A stretch of DNA of 64,000 bases, from the IMG/VR virus record IMGVR_UViG_3300031788_000002, positions 103,482 through 167,481 of that record; one strand, written 5' to 3'. The stretch comes from a virus. Every line of letters begins with the position of its first letter. Position 1 is the stretch's first letter. Both the position numbers and the translations under genes were made by a program. The notes beneath the pieces were generated by a model that was given only the letters and a program-made list of their open reading frames with translations, was not told where the DNA came from and did no database searches. This document shows positions 43,507 through 52,840 of the stretch, piece by piece.

Positions 43507-44573
43507 TCATCGGAATCAGCGGACTCGTCTTCGACGAGCAGGGTAACAAGGGGAGCGCGGGGGCTGGCAAGAGTACGGTTGCGGACCGTCTGGTCGCGCG
43601 CCACAAGTTCGTGGCGGTGGGCCTCGCCGACGTCATGAAGCGCTTCGTTCAGGAAGTTCTAGGCTTCAGTGATGAGCAACTGTGGGGACCAAGCGAGAAG
43701 CGCAACGAGCCCGATAAGCGCTTTTCCCGGCGCTTACGGCCATTTCCCCCGGGCACAGAACGCGCGGTGGCTGCCATTCAAAAGTTCGTAGAAGCTATGC
43801 CTTATTTAGATAGTACGGAGCACGCGGTTAAGGAAATTAGCGAGCGACTTACAGAGTTTCTTACCCCTCGCTACGCTCTTCAGGCACTCGGTACGGAATG
43901 GGGCAGGCACTGCTACGAAGACATGTGGGTTGCGTACGCGATGAAGGTGGCGCAGAAGCTTATTCTGCAAGACGTGACGTACAGCGCGCGTTATGGCGTT
44001 TGCTATACCTCAGGTGAGGTTAAAGGCGTAGTTTTCAGCGATCTGCGCTTCAAGAACGAGATCGATTACATCAAGAAGAACGGTGGGAAGATTGTTCGCG
44101 TGCGCCGCCCTGTTGAGAAGTTTATTGCGTCGGAACATCAGTCCGAGATGGATCTGAACGACGTACCCGATGATGCCTTCGACTACGTCATCCACGGGCT
44201 ACCCGCGGACGTGCACGATCTTCAGCTCAAGACCGACCAGATGCTGGATTGGTTCAAGGGCCGCATCATTCCCTACGACGAAAAGAGCGTCGACGTCCCA
44301 CCTTTCCTGCGAAAGGGTGCGGTGCTTCCTCTCGGTACGGGAATCCTTGTCGAAGAGAACGTAACTGTAGCGGACAGCGTTGAGCTCAAGCTGACATCTT
44401 CCCTGGGATCGTCTCCGCCGTTTGAAGGAACAATCAGCGATGGCGGACAGGTAGACCTGGATGCACAGCACTATCTACCCATTATCAGTGTTTCTGGGAA
44501 AGATATTCGCTGTTGCCCCCTCGATACTGACAACGATGGCAGCTGCCCCATCCATCCGAAGGGTTGCGATTGA
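43503..44573 (+). CDS. deoxynucleoside monophosphate kinase (T4 gp1-like)
   Basis: IIGISG...AGAGKST, PRYALQALGTEWGR, SDLRFKNE, HQSE. Confidence 0.88.
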   Translation: MIIGISGLVFDEQGNKGSAGAGKSTVADRLVARHKFVAVGLADVMKRFVQEVLGFSDEQLWGPSEKRNEPDKRFSRRLRPFPPGTERAVAAIQKFVEAMPYLDSTEHAVKEISERLTEFLTPRYALQALGTEWGRHCYEDMWVAYAMKVAQKLILQDVTYSARYGVCYTSGEVKGVVFSDLRFKNEIDYIKKNGGKIVRVRRPVEKFIASEHQSEMDLNDVPDDAFDYVIHGLPADVHDLQLKTDQMLDWFKGRIIPYDEKSVDVPPFLRKGAVLPLGTGILVEENVTVADSVELKLTSSLGSSPPFEGTISDGGQVDLDAQHYLPIISVSGKDIRCCPLDTDNDGSCPIHPKGCD

Positions 44574-44581
44574 AGTAGATG

Positions 44582-44590
44582 ATGTAAGCT
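44582..44590 (+). promoter_or_regulatory. -10-like element (atgTAAGCT) 6 nt before ATG
   Basis: Same spacing as 14481 and 27069. Confidence 0.45.
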
Positions 44591-44596
44591 AGCGGA

Positions 44597-45073
44597 ATGC
44601 CGCAGCCGCAGCTTACCCTCAACCTACAGCAGTACGAAGCCCTGGTGTACCTCGCGCGCATCGGGGCGCGGCTCAAGGGCTTTTTGGATGCCATCGCGAA
44701 GGATGCGCGCTTCCGACAGCTTCTGGAAGCCGCCGTTCATTACGCCGGGCAGGATGCGAATAGGGCGCGCGATCTTGAAGCCTTTCTGAAAAGCATCGAA
44801 GAGCCGAACGGCATCCACCGCTACTTTCTTGCGGTGCGCTGGCAAGAATTGGCCGCTCCGTTGCCCCCACGGGTCGCGGGAGCGGCCACGCGCTTTCCAG
44901 AAAACTGGCCCCCGAATCTTCAGGGCATCATCGAGCTGATGACCCGTCCCATTGCACGGGCGGACGTTGATGCGTTTCTACTAGCCAACGCGAAGAGTCC
45001 GGTAACCGTCGTGGTGACGGCCGATCCCGGGCTTACGGTGGGATGGACCGCCGTGGAGGACTATTTCGTATGA
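44597..45073 (+). CDS. hypothetical protein
   Basis: 158-aa ORF. Confidence 0.65.
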   Translation: MPQPQLTLNLQQYEALVYLARIGARLKGFLDAIAKDARFRQLLEAAVHYAGQDANRARDLEAFLKSIEEPNGIHRYFLAVRWQELAAPLPPRVAGAATRFPENWPPNLQGIIELMTRPIARADVDAFLLANAKSPVTVVVTADPGLTVGWTAVEDYFV

Positions 45074-45336
45074 TACAAGAAGCACAAGCTGTGTTCAGTC
45101 TACCGGAGCAACAACTCGGGGCGATTACAGTCCAAGACTTCGCCGGGTCGACGTATGCTTTTCCCGACGTCAACGTGACCGCGCTCAAGAACATGCTTCC
45201 CCCTTCGGGGCGTCGGCCGGAAAACTTGCCGTGCTTGATGATCGTCAACGTATCCGTGGCGGTACTCAGCATTCCTTTCAAGAACATTCAAAGTATCTGC
45301 GTAGGTACGGAAGTGCTGTGGAATGCAACCGCCTGA
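45070..45336 (+). CDS. hypothetical protein
   Basis: GGAGG SD; ATGA overlap. Confidence 0.6.
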   Translation: MIQEAQAVFSLPEQQLGAITVQDFAGSTYAFPDVNVTALKNMLPPSGRRPENLPCLMIVNVSVAVLSIPFKNIQSICVGTEVLWNATA

Positions 45337-45673
45337 CAAGCCAGCGGATTTTCGACACACCGATCCGGCGTTTGTCGATCCAATGAAGGAACGCATCGAA
45401 CTTCAGTGCCTCAAGTGCGCTATGCACGTGCACCTGTTCGTGCAGAAGTCGATGCGCCTTAAACCGGGCGATAAATTGTATGTAGACCCTGAGCAGCCTG
45501 AATGGGGGCGATGCCCGCGATGCCGACGAAAAACACTTCAAGTGCTCCACGTGCCAGCTATTACGCCTACACCGAGTGCTATCGGCTTTTGGAAGCTACC
45601 GGCGGGACCGGCCACTGGAAACTCGTCGGCTACCAAGACCGACCCCTCGGTTACGCCGAAAGAGTCCAAGTAA
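45323..45673 (+). CDS. zinc-ribbon protein
   Basis: CLKC...CPRC. Confidence 0.6.
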   Translation: MQPPDKPADFRHTDPAFVDPMKERIELQCLKCAMHVHLFVQKSMRLKPGDKLYVDPEQPEWGRCPRCRRKTLQVLHVPAITPTPSAIGFWKLPAGPATGNSSATKTDPSVTPKESK

Positions 45674-45948
45674 CGCCCTTCGCGCAGACGACAGGGAAAG
45701 GGGTTGTAGCTGGCGTGCTGTACACCCTCGAGCGCCTTTACCTTGAAATGGGGCACGCCCTGCTCCTTCTTCAGGGAGAACTGTTGCAAAAGCTCGTGGG
45801 TCCAAACTATGTCTTTTGCGGGGGTCAACCCGCACCGGCGTACGAGCCGCGACCGCATCTACGAAACGTACGGCTCGCGAGCATCACCCAAGTTCCCGCG
45901 GAGATGACGCTGCCTGAAGTGGCCTTGCTTCTTCGTGCGAAGGAATGA
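45502..45948 (+). CDS. hypothetical protein (start uncertain)
   Basis: The C-terminal part fills the gap to 45948. Confidence 0.4.
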   Translation: MGAMPAMPTKNTSSAPRASYYAYTECYRLLEATGGTGHWKLVGYQDRPLGYAERVQVTPFAQTTGKGVVAGVLYTLERLYLEMGHALLLLQGELLQKLVGPNYVFCGGQPAPAYEPRPHLRNVRLASITQVPAEMTLPEVALLLRAKE

Positions 45949-45983
45949 ACCGTCTCTCTTTTTTCTAGCTAACGCTTAGTGCG

Positions 45984-46002
45984 TGGTGCACACTGTGCAC
46001 CA
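45984..46002. promoter_or_regulatory. operator-like inverted repeat TGGTGCACA-C-TGTGCACCA
   Basis: Perfect 9-bp arms with 1-bp spacer just upstream of the GGAGG SD of 46016. Confidence 0.5.
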
Positions 46003-46015
46003 ACTACGGAGGATC

Positions 46016-47329
46016 ATGGCGATTCCTGGTGCTCGTGTTCTTTCTCTGGATAACCCCCGCCCGCCGCAAGCGGCTCCCTACGTACAACCGGGAGCCGGTG
46101 CGCACGCTACGGGGTACGCCGCGGGGGTCGCTGCGCGACGCTCCGGTACGTTACCCAAGTACAACGGTCCTGTTGGAGGGCTTCCCTCGCCCCCCATGCC
46201 GGCGCTTGAACAACCGCATCGCGATGGCATGACCATGGCGGCGCAAGCGCAGATGACGCGCGGCCCTGATGCCAGCCGTAATGTTCAGCGGGCAATGGCG
46301 GGGCACGCGCAAACCGGCAGCATCGTAATCCCGGAAGATGCCATGCCTCCTCCCCCGCAAATGCCTATGGCAGGGCCGCGGCTTCATCCGCTGGACACGC
46401 TGCCTGAGGAAGCCATCCAAGATCCCCAGTTTCATCGGGGTACGGGAAGCTTGATGGCCCAATCCCAACCTCACCTGGCCATGAAGTACGGGGTGATTCG
46501 TGACGGGCAGCGGTTGACGCCCAACGACGTGATGGGAGGTCCCACCGCTTCCCCCGGAGGGATGCGCGGGAACAAAGCGCGGCGGTCTCCCGACGTCATT
46601 GCGCGGGAGCTGAAACAAGCCTTGATGGCGCCCCCGGGAGCGCCAGGGGAAACCGATGCGGGTCCTGAGCCGCCCCCGGGTATTCCCCGTTCTGTCGCCG
46701 AGGCTGAAGCGCAAGCGGCTCAAGGGCCTGGGGGTGCGGCCAGCCGCGCGGGAGCTTCCCCGGTGGTCCCGGGCTTGGATGCCAGCACGCCAGAATCTGA
46801 GGCCAAGGCCAAACGGCTTTTGAACGAAATGGATGACTTCGACTTCGAGCGCCTACGGCGCGAGATGTTGTCCGACATCCTGAAGAACCCAAAGCAGCGC
46901 GAGGACGTTGAAAAGCGCCTCGAAGCGCTCGACATCGGGGAGCTCATTACGCGCAATGTCATTCAGCAACGCGTCCCGATTCTTCCCGGTAAGTTCATGC
47001 CGACGTTCGAGTCAATGCAGGGAGGTATTGAGCTGCGCCTGAAACAACTCTTGGTACGTGAGTCTAGCAGCGTTGCCGTAACGGAAGCGTACCTGCTCGA
47101 CAAGTACGCTGTCATGACCACCACGGCGGGAACGGTCGCGATCAATGGTGTGCCTTTGCCCCCCATGTACGACGAGCGCGGCGACTTCAGTGAAGACCTT
47201 TTTTGGGCCAAGTTTGAGTGGATGCTCAAGCGCAACATTCACATGTTGGCGTCGCTCGGTGTGCATTACTCCTGGTTCGAGCAACGCGTGCGTAAGTTGT
47301 TCGTAGCCTCTGAGGGAAAAGATGGTTGA
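46016..47329 (+). CDS. putative tail assembly chaperone (G-like) with long Pro/Gly-rich N-terminus
   Basis: GGAGG plus ATG 46016; ends GAG GGA AAA GAT GGT TGA containing the slippery heptamer G_GGA_AAA. Confidence 0.6.
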   Translation: MAIPGARVLSLDNPRPPQAAPYVQPGAGAHATGYAAGVAARRSGTLPKYNGPVGGLPSPPMPALEQPHRDGMTMAAQAQMTRGPDASRNVQRAMAGHAQTGSIVIPEDAMPPPPQMPMAGPRLHPLDTLPEEAIQDPQFHRGTGSLMAQSQPHLAMKYGVIRDGQRLTPNDVMGGPTASPGGMRGNKARRSPDVIARELKQALMAPPGAPGETDAGPEPPPGIPRSVAEAEAQAAQGPGGAASRAGASPVVPGLDASTPESEAKAKRLLNEMDDFDFERLRREMLSDILKNPKQREDVEKRLEALDIGELITRNVIQQRVPILPGKFMPTFESMQGGIELRLKQLLVRESSSVAVTEAYLLDKYAVMTTTAGTVAINGVPLPPMYDERGDFSEDLFWAKFEWMLKRNIHMLASLGVHYSWFEQRVRKLFVASEGKDG

Positions 47330-47760
47330 ACACCACGGAAGGGTGGTTCAAGGCGCAGCTTCTGTTTCATACGCTGCAGAAGATGCCGCCTGCTGGTTCC
47401 CTTCAAGAGTGGGTTCTCATCTTATACCTCGACAAAACGGAGGATATTGAGCATTCGAAGTTCAGAGCACTCGTACAGGTAGTGCTGACCGTTGGAGCCG
47501 AAAACCAGGACGCCGGTCTTGAAGCCTTCGAAGAGTACATGAATAAGGCATTCCCAAGTTTGAAGACCAAGAAGAAGAAGAAACGCGACGAGCTCATGGA
47601 CGTACTGAAGCAGTGGGTAGGGCAAGGGCCCTTGCGTGTGTCGCCAATGGGCGACGGCCAGGTACGTGGACGCAGCAAAATGGTTAAGCGCATCGCAAGC
47701 GTTGAAACAGGCGCGGTAGCCCGCGCGACAGCCCGTATTGGGAATATTCGACCCCGATGA
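47314..47760 (+). CDS. -1 frameshift extension (T-like part of tail chaperone GT)
   Basis: The -1 frame from GGGAAAA reads GKRWLNTTEGWFK..., i.e. track ORF 47326..47760, which has only a TTG start. Confidence 0.6.
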   Translation, partial: GKRWLNTTEGWFKAQLLFHTLQKMPPAGSLQEWVLILYLDKTEDIEHSKFRALVQVVLTVGAENQDAGLEAFEEYMNKAFPSLKTKKKKKRDELMDVLKQWVGQGPLRVSPMGDGQVRGRSKMVKRIASVETGAVARATARIGNIRPR

Positions 47761-48167
47761 ACAAGGATGAAGCCAAGTATTGCCCTCAGTGTGGCGCGGC
47801 CTCCCTCGACATCAGTGCCCTCGCGAACACGCCCGTTCATTGCCGGGCGTGTGCCTGGACGGGCGCTGCCGAAGCGCTGTACACCGTACCCTTCTTCTAT
47901 GCCCAGGGTAGCCGGGAGGGTATTGCCAACGAACTGCTCAACGACCTGAGGCGCTTTCTGAGCAGTGAGCGTTTCATGGTGGGCTTCGTCGGTTTTCTTG
48001 GACGTTGGGGCTTCGTGAATCTGCAGCAGGAAAAGAAGCTTCTGGCGATCAACGTCGCACGGTACGCCGCCGCTACGGCGCGCGCCGTTTTGACATCCGT
48101 CATTGAAGAGCGCGAAAAGGTTGAGAAGGAGGCATGCGGCAATGGCCGACCCGAGTCCCGCGGATAA
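47757..48167 (+). CDS. zinc-ribbon protein
   Basis: CPQC...CRAC; ATGA overlap. Confidence 0.65.
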   Translation: MNKDEAKYCPQCGAASLDISALANTPVHCRACAWTGAAEALYTVPFFYAQGSREGIANELLNDLRRFLSSERFMVGFVGFLGRWGFVNLQQEKKLLAINVARYAAATARAVLTSVIEEREKVEKEACGNGRPESRG

Positions 48168-48423
48168 GCTCACGTGTTTCTTGGATCAGGGACGCTTCTG
48201 CGACGCGGATTGCATGGCCTACAAGGTTGTACCGGATGGAAATCAGCAACTGGACGGAGGGCAACAGCATTGCGTGCTCCTTTCTGCGCTCGAGCGTACG
48301 GGGCGCGCTCTGCAGGGAATCGGGGGTCTGATGAATGCATTGAATACGCGCTGGCGTAAGCAAAGCGAAGATGCACAAAGGGGCGGGCCTCTTGCACCCC
48401 CGGACCCCTTGGGTAAACGCTGA
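48142..48423 (+). CDS. small Cys-containing protein
   Basis: AGGAGG upstream; CFLD...CDADCMAY...C. Confidence 0.55.
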   Translation: MADPSPADKLTCFLDQGRFCDADCMAYKVVPDGNQQLDGGQQHCVLLSALERTGRALQGIGGLMNALNTRWRKQSEDAQRGGPLAPPDPLGKR

Positions 48424-49013
48424 TGTTGCACGCACAAATCGTTGGGTACTGGCGCGGGGGTTCTTTCGATGGAAAGAGTTTTCCGACGGCCAAAATAAGC
48501 TTGATGCTTCCCGGGGATTACCCGGTCGACGTTACGGTTACCGAGAGCTATTTGCAGCAGCTTTTGGAGAACCAAAGCGCTCTCGTTGAGGAACCGCGTG
48601 CTCCCGGCGGGGACATGCTGAGCGTTCCTAACGAGTCAACGCTCATTGCTTGGGCTTCCTTACCGGACGCTACCTGCCCTGCGCGCGTCAAGCTGGCAAT
48701 GCGGGATCATCAGCTTCCTGCGCAGCTTCCTTCCGATAAGTTGGCGCAGATCGTCGCGACTATTTTGAAGGAGTATACAGAAGCTGATTGGGCCGCGCTT
48801 GAGACGAAGTACGCCTCACCTCGTCCGGCGGCACCGCAGCCGCCCAATGTAGGTACGGTGGAATGGGGGGAGGGCAGCATCATGCGCCCGAGCGTACCTT
48901 CGCGAACCGTACCCAAGAACGATGCGGGGTGGCCGCTGGTGTCGGACCCCCAAAGGGAGGATCCCGGGGAGGTATCCACCCCCAGTGATGAGGACGGGGT
49001 TCCCGAGTTCTGA
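48423..49013 (+). CDS. hypothetical protein
   Basis: TGATG coupling. Confidence 0.6.
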   Translation: MLHAQIVGYWRGGSFDGKSFPTAKISLMLPGDYPVDVTVTESYLQQLLENQSALVEEPRAPGGDMLSVPNESTLIAWASLPDATCPARVKLAMRDHQLPAQLPSDKLAQIVATILKEYTEADWAALETKYASPRPAAPQPPNVGTVEWGEGSIMRPSVPSRTVPKNDAGWPLVSDPQREDPGEVSTPSDEDGVPEF

Positions 49014-49471
49014 TGTACTTCATTTGCCCCGAGCTTCACTTTGCTTTACGCGCGGTGGGCGGCGATGCCAACGAGGTCGCCGCCCTTTTGGGGCCGACGT
49101 CACCTCAAGCGAACGCAGCGTGCCCTGAGTGCCATAAGCTCCTCAAGCAAGGCGTCTTCATCGACGCTTCACTGCTAGCACGTGTTACGCCCGTGCTGCG
49201 GGAGGTAACGCCCTTGGAAGCCCACCTTGCTCTTGAGGGGCTGGGCTTTCCCGATGAGAGGGATTGTGCCGAAGAGATTGTGCGGGGTGTTCTCCTTGGT
49301 AAGTCCATCCGATCTGTGCAAGCCCACGGCATTCGAGGAACACACCGCACCGTCATCGATAGCATCACGTTCGAGGATGGTACCACCATGTTCTTCAGCG
49401 GTAGCCAATGGGGTGCCCTCGTTTACCGCTTGCGAAAACCCAACCCCTTCTTGAGTAAGGAGAGCCCGTGA
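49013..49471 (+). CDS. hypothetical protein (Cys motifs)
   Basis: TGATG coupling; CPE, CPEC. Confidence 0.6.
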   Translation: MYFICPELHFALRAVGGDANEVAALLGPTSPQANAACPECHKLLKQGVFIDASLLARVTPVLREVTPLEAHLALEGLGFPDERDCAEEIVRGVLLGKSIRSVQAHGIRGTHRTVIDSITFEDGTTMFFSGSQWGALVYRLRKPNPFLSKESP

Positions 49472-50172
49472 CAGTTCTCGAGGTACGTTACCGGCGGTTA
49501 CAAACCAAGGACAACGGGGAGTACCCCTACGCCGGCTGCTTTGTTTTTGAGGGTGTAACCGAAGAGTTCCCGGCGCTCTTCTACCGGCAGCTCATCGGGC
49601 GTTTGCACGATCTGCTGAAGGAGCACCCTACCCTTGACCGCCTTCTGTTTCAGCGAACAGAGCGCAGGGGCATCCTTCCCTTTGAGCTCGGCCCCGGTAC
49701 GTTTCAGCTCCTGCGCGAGGACCCCGTTGCGGCGTACCGTGCGATGACCGTGGAGATTGACCGAGGGGCTTCGGTTAGCGCGGCCACGCTGGGTACGGAG
49801 GGAGCTACGTTTGGGCGTTACCTTTACCTGCGCATTCAGCGCGGCGAAGTTTCGGACCCGTTAACGGGGCAACGGCTCAACCTGGCCTATGGGGAGAAGC
49901 AGGGCTGGAAGATCCGCGCGCAGAACAGCGCCTCGGACACGTGGCTTCCTTTGTTCTCCGTGATTGATGATGCGCCCTTGGGCGCTACGGCGATCGAGCG
50001 CATCGCGTACATGCACTGGGCGCTGCTTGACGTCGAGTATCTTCTTAAGCTGGATCATCCAGCGTTTTACTTGCCTTGCCCGTGGAACACGACGGGCCCT
50101 TGGGTTACACGGGAAGAGCTTCAGCAACGTTACGCGCAATGTTACGCGCAAAGTAAGGAAGGTATGTCATGA
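49468..50172 (+). CDS. hypothetical protein
   Basis: AAGGAG plus GTGA overlap. Confidence 0.65.
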   Translation: MTVLEVRYRRLQTKDNGEYPYAGCFVFEGVTEEFPALFYRQLIGRLHDLLKEHPTLDRLLFQRTERRGILPFELGPGTFQLLREDPVAAYRAMTVEIDRGASVSAATLGTEGATFGRYLYLRIQRGEVSDPLTGQRLNLAYGEKQGWKIRAQNSASDTWLPLFSVIDDAPLGATAIERIAYMHWALLDVEYLLKLDHPAFYLPCPWNTTGPWVTREELQQRYAQCYAQSKEGMS

Positions 50173-50555
50173 CGACTGGTGTTCGTATTCCGCGTGATCA
50201 GATGAACGACCCGGAGGATCGGGGAACTCCTTTTGCTGCGGGCGCGGGTGTTCCCGCTTTGATGGTTCCTGCCAAGTGGTACGACGAGCAGGGGCGCCCT
50301 CATCAAGAGTACGTTTTCGTGGTGGGAAACGTTGCCTACAGGGATCCTAACGGGGAAGCGTGGGCAGACAGCTTGCAGGTATTTAAGGATCCGGTGGCCA
50401 CGAAGGTTGTGCAGCAGGCCAACGCGCAATTTGAAGCCATGGTGCTGGCCGTTATCCGAAAGTCCAAGCTGCAGATGCCCCTGCCCGCGGGCAGCGACGG
50501 GGTCGAGGTTCTTGCTGATGAAACGGATCGAAGTGTCGTTGCACCCGCTTCATGA
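50169..50555 (+). CDS. hypothetical protein
   Basis: ATGA overlap. Confidence 0.6.
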   Translation: MTTGVRIPRDQMNDPEDRGTPFAAGAGVPALMVPAKWYDEQGRPHQEYVFVVGNVAYRDPNGEAWADSLQVFKDPVATKVVQQANAQFEAMVLAVIRKSKLQMPLPAGSDGVEVLADETDRSVVAPAS

Positions 50556-50862
50556 TTGGACGCTCGTGCAGATGGACCCGGCGCTGCACGAGGGGGTATC
50601 CCCCGGGGGTTTGCTTCTAGTGCGACCGCCCCTTGTGCGCACGGGGACGGTTGTTGCCGTAGGCGTTGGCCGCCTTTTCGTGGACGAGGTTTTTCGCGCG
50701 ACGGAGGTAAAGGTCGGGGAACGCGTGGCTTTCCTCGCCGCCACGATGGACACCAAGCAAGGACATCAGATGCAGGGTACCCTTGGGGAAGAACGCGCGC
50801 TGATCCGCGAGAGCGACATCCTGTTCGTCATTGAAGAGGGGAACCCCCACCTCGACAAGTAG
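50518..50862 (+). CDS. groES: GroES/Cpn10-like co-chaperonin
   Basis: LHPLHDWTLV...SPGGLLL...GTVVAVGVG...VKVGERV...LIRESDILFV. Confidence 0.85.
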   Translation: MKRIEVSLHPLHDWTLVQMDPALHEGVSPGGLLLVRPPLVRTGTVVAVGVGRLFVDEVFRATEVKVGERVAFLAATMDTKQGHQMQGTLGEERALIRESDILFVIEEGNPHLDK

Positions 50863-50867
50863 GAAGC

Positions 50868-51152
50868 ATGCTGCTGGTAAACCAAACGAGCCCGGGCCAC
50901 TTCGAGCTTAATTACATGTGGTTGCCGACTTGGCTCGGTATGAATGCAGAGCGTAAGCGCCAGGTAGAAGAGCACATCTGCGCCGTCTTCGTTGGGAAGG
51001 AAGCGACCCCCGAAGACCTTCATCGCGAAATCATCGACCACCTCTGTCAACAGTTTCCGCTCATCGATGGGCTTTCTGCCTATCTGCATGCGGTGGAAGG
51101 CATCGTGTTGTGCGCCGAGAAAGAATCGAGGGCGTGTGGACCGCAAGGATGA
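50868..51152 (+). CDS. hypothetical protein
   Basis: AGGA SD. Confidence 0.6.
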   Translation: MLLVNQTSPGHFELNYMWLPTWLGMNAERKRQVEEHICAVFVGKEATPEDLHREIIDHLCQQFPLIDGLSAYLHAVEGIVLCAEKESRACGPQG

Positions 51153-51315
51153 CCGCCTTCACCTGCGCATCAGCGTACAGTTGAAGCGGAGCATTCAAGC
51201 GTACTGCACGAAGTACAACATTGATGTTTCTACCCTAACCACACGCTTTTTTGAACGGGTGGTCGCTAATGAACGAGCGCGTGAACAACGCGAACAAGCC
51301 GCGTCCCGTGAATAA
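51136..51315 (+). CDS. ribbon-helix-helix DNA-binding protein
   Basis: KDDRLHLRISVQLKRSIQAYC...VSTL pattern; GAGG plus GTG. Confidence 0.6.
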   Translation: MDRKDDRLHLRISVQLKRSIQAYCTKYNIDVSTLTTRFFERVVANERAREQREQAASRE

Positions 51316-51886
51316 GAGCGACGCAGGTGCTTCGCGCACCATCAACATCCCTGAAAATCTGGGGGTGGAGGGATTTATTCACGGGCTGCGGGAAGTGCTT
51401 CGTCTACCTCGCGTTCAACGCGTCGTTATTGAGGTCGGGCACCTAACGTTCTTTCAAACAGTACCAAAAGATGCGGCGGAGATTACGCCGAACGTCAACG
51501 TGTCGTTTGATCACCTGCGCCCTTACAACATCATCCGAAACGCGCCAACGCGGGAGCTTCAGTACCCCTTGACCCTGGGGGCGTCGGCGGTGCTGACCGC
51601 GATGTTGGATGTGACGTGCTTGAGCGGCTACACCCCGATTGCCTTCGTTGTTTCAGTTAACACGACACTGTGGAATTGGTTGTATTTCCGCGATGACCTC
51701 GAGGTAAAGAGCCGCGATACCTTGCTTGGTTACCCCGTGTTAACCGATACGCAGATACCGGAGACCGCACTTGTTCTTTGCGTCGGCGTTGACGGTACGA
51801 CGGCGCTCTTGGACACGCGCTTGTCCCTGAAAGCAGAGATGCTGAACGCACCCAGCGTCGGCAGAGAAGAGGTGGATGTTCTATGA
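51251..51886 (+). CDS. hypothetical protein
   Basis: 211-aa ORF; start may be 51269 or 51308. Confidence 0.6.
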   Translation: MNGWSLMNERVNNANKPRPVNKSDAGASRTINIPENLGVEGFIHGLREVLRLPRVQRVVIEVGHLTFFQTVPKDAAEITPNVNVSFDHLRPYNIIRNAPTRELQYPLTLGASAVLTAMLDVTCLSGYTPIAFVVSVNTTLWNWLYFRDDLEVKSRDTLLGYPVLTDTQIPETALVLCVGVDGTTALLDTRLSLKAEMLNAPSVGREEVDVL

Positions 51887-52374
51887 GACCCTTGGCGCTG
51901 GCCGCAATTCAAGCGGGCTTGATCGATGACGATACCCTGGCGCAGTTCCAGCGATGGGGCTTCGTCCCCCGCACGTTGGACAAGCGCGTTCAGGAAGACC
52001 CTGACCTCATCGTGGAGCGCATTCAGTTTGCGCTCGAGGCTGAAGAACAAGTTCGCATGCAGAGCACGGATCTCGATCTGCTCAAGTTTTACCTGGACCC
52101 GAAGAACCAGATACAGGGGCAGATGGTCATCGCTACGGAAGATGCCAAGGCGACCAAGGCCGTGACCTTTGCAAAGCGCGAGCGCAGCGCGGTCGTTCAG
52201 TACATCATCCCCTGGATCTCCGAGAGCGTTGTGGATATCGTGACCAATGGCAAGACGTACCTACGCTATGTCCTGGAGAACCGGCACGTGAAAGTGTATT
52301 TCGACCATGTTGAGGAGCTTTACTTCGGCGATGTCAAAGCGTTCATGGTCGGTACGGGTATGGAATCATGGTAG
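51883..52374 (+). CDS. hypothetical protein
   Basis: ATGA overlap. Confidence 0.65.
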   Translation: MRPLALAAIQAGLIDDDTLAQFQRWGFVPRTLDKRVQEDPDLIVERIQFALEAEEQVRMQSTDLDLLKFYLDPKNQIQGQMVIATEDAKATKAVTFAKRERSAVVQYIIPWISESVVDIVTNGKTYLRYVLENRHVKVYFDHVEELYFGDVKAFMVGTGMESW

Positions 52375-52835
52375 CCGTTGACACCATGCTTCAAGTGCTC
52401 CACGCAAAGTACGGCTTTGAACCGGCGGAGAAAGGGGTCACAACGCTTGCTGAGGGAAAGCAGCAGCTGCGCCTCTTCGCTCGAGTTCAGCGCGTTGCTA
52501 ATTGGCTTCTCTTCATCGATAAGCTTCTCGGCGAAGAGCTCAGCCATTCTTGGCGTTTGCTCCTCGCGCAGAAGTACATCAAACGCGTCCCGCGCAAGGA
52601 CGCCCAGATGGTCAAGGGCTGGCTCTTTATTCTCTCAGCGCAGGACTTAGAGGCAGCGTGTGTGGAGATTGCGGCCATTGCGAAGGCGGCGCCCACTCCG
52701 CGGGCAAGCGTGGATGAAATGCCCTTGCCTGGGGGTGGGTTGCACCGCAATCTCAGTTCAACGCGTGGTAAGGGCGCTCGTCCAACGGTCAGTAGTGGGG
52801 GCCAACCCTCCTTTGAGTTTTTCGGGCGTAGGTAA
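52368..52835 (+). CDS. hypothetical protein
   Basis: Coupled ORF. Confidence 0.6.
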   Translation: MVAVDTMLQVLHAKYGFEPAEKGVTTLAEGKQQLRLFARVQRVANWLLFIDKLLGEELSHSWRLLLAQKYIKRVPRKDAQMVKGWLFILSAQDLEAACVEIAAIAKAAPTPRASVDEMPLPGGGLHRNLSSTRGKGARPTVSSGGQPSFEFFGRR

Positions 52836-52840
52836 AGCGC

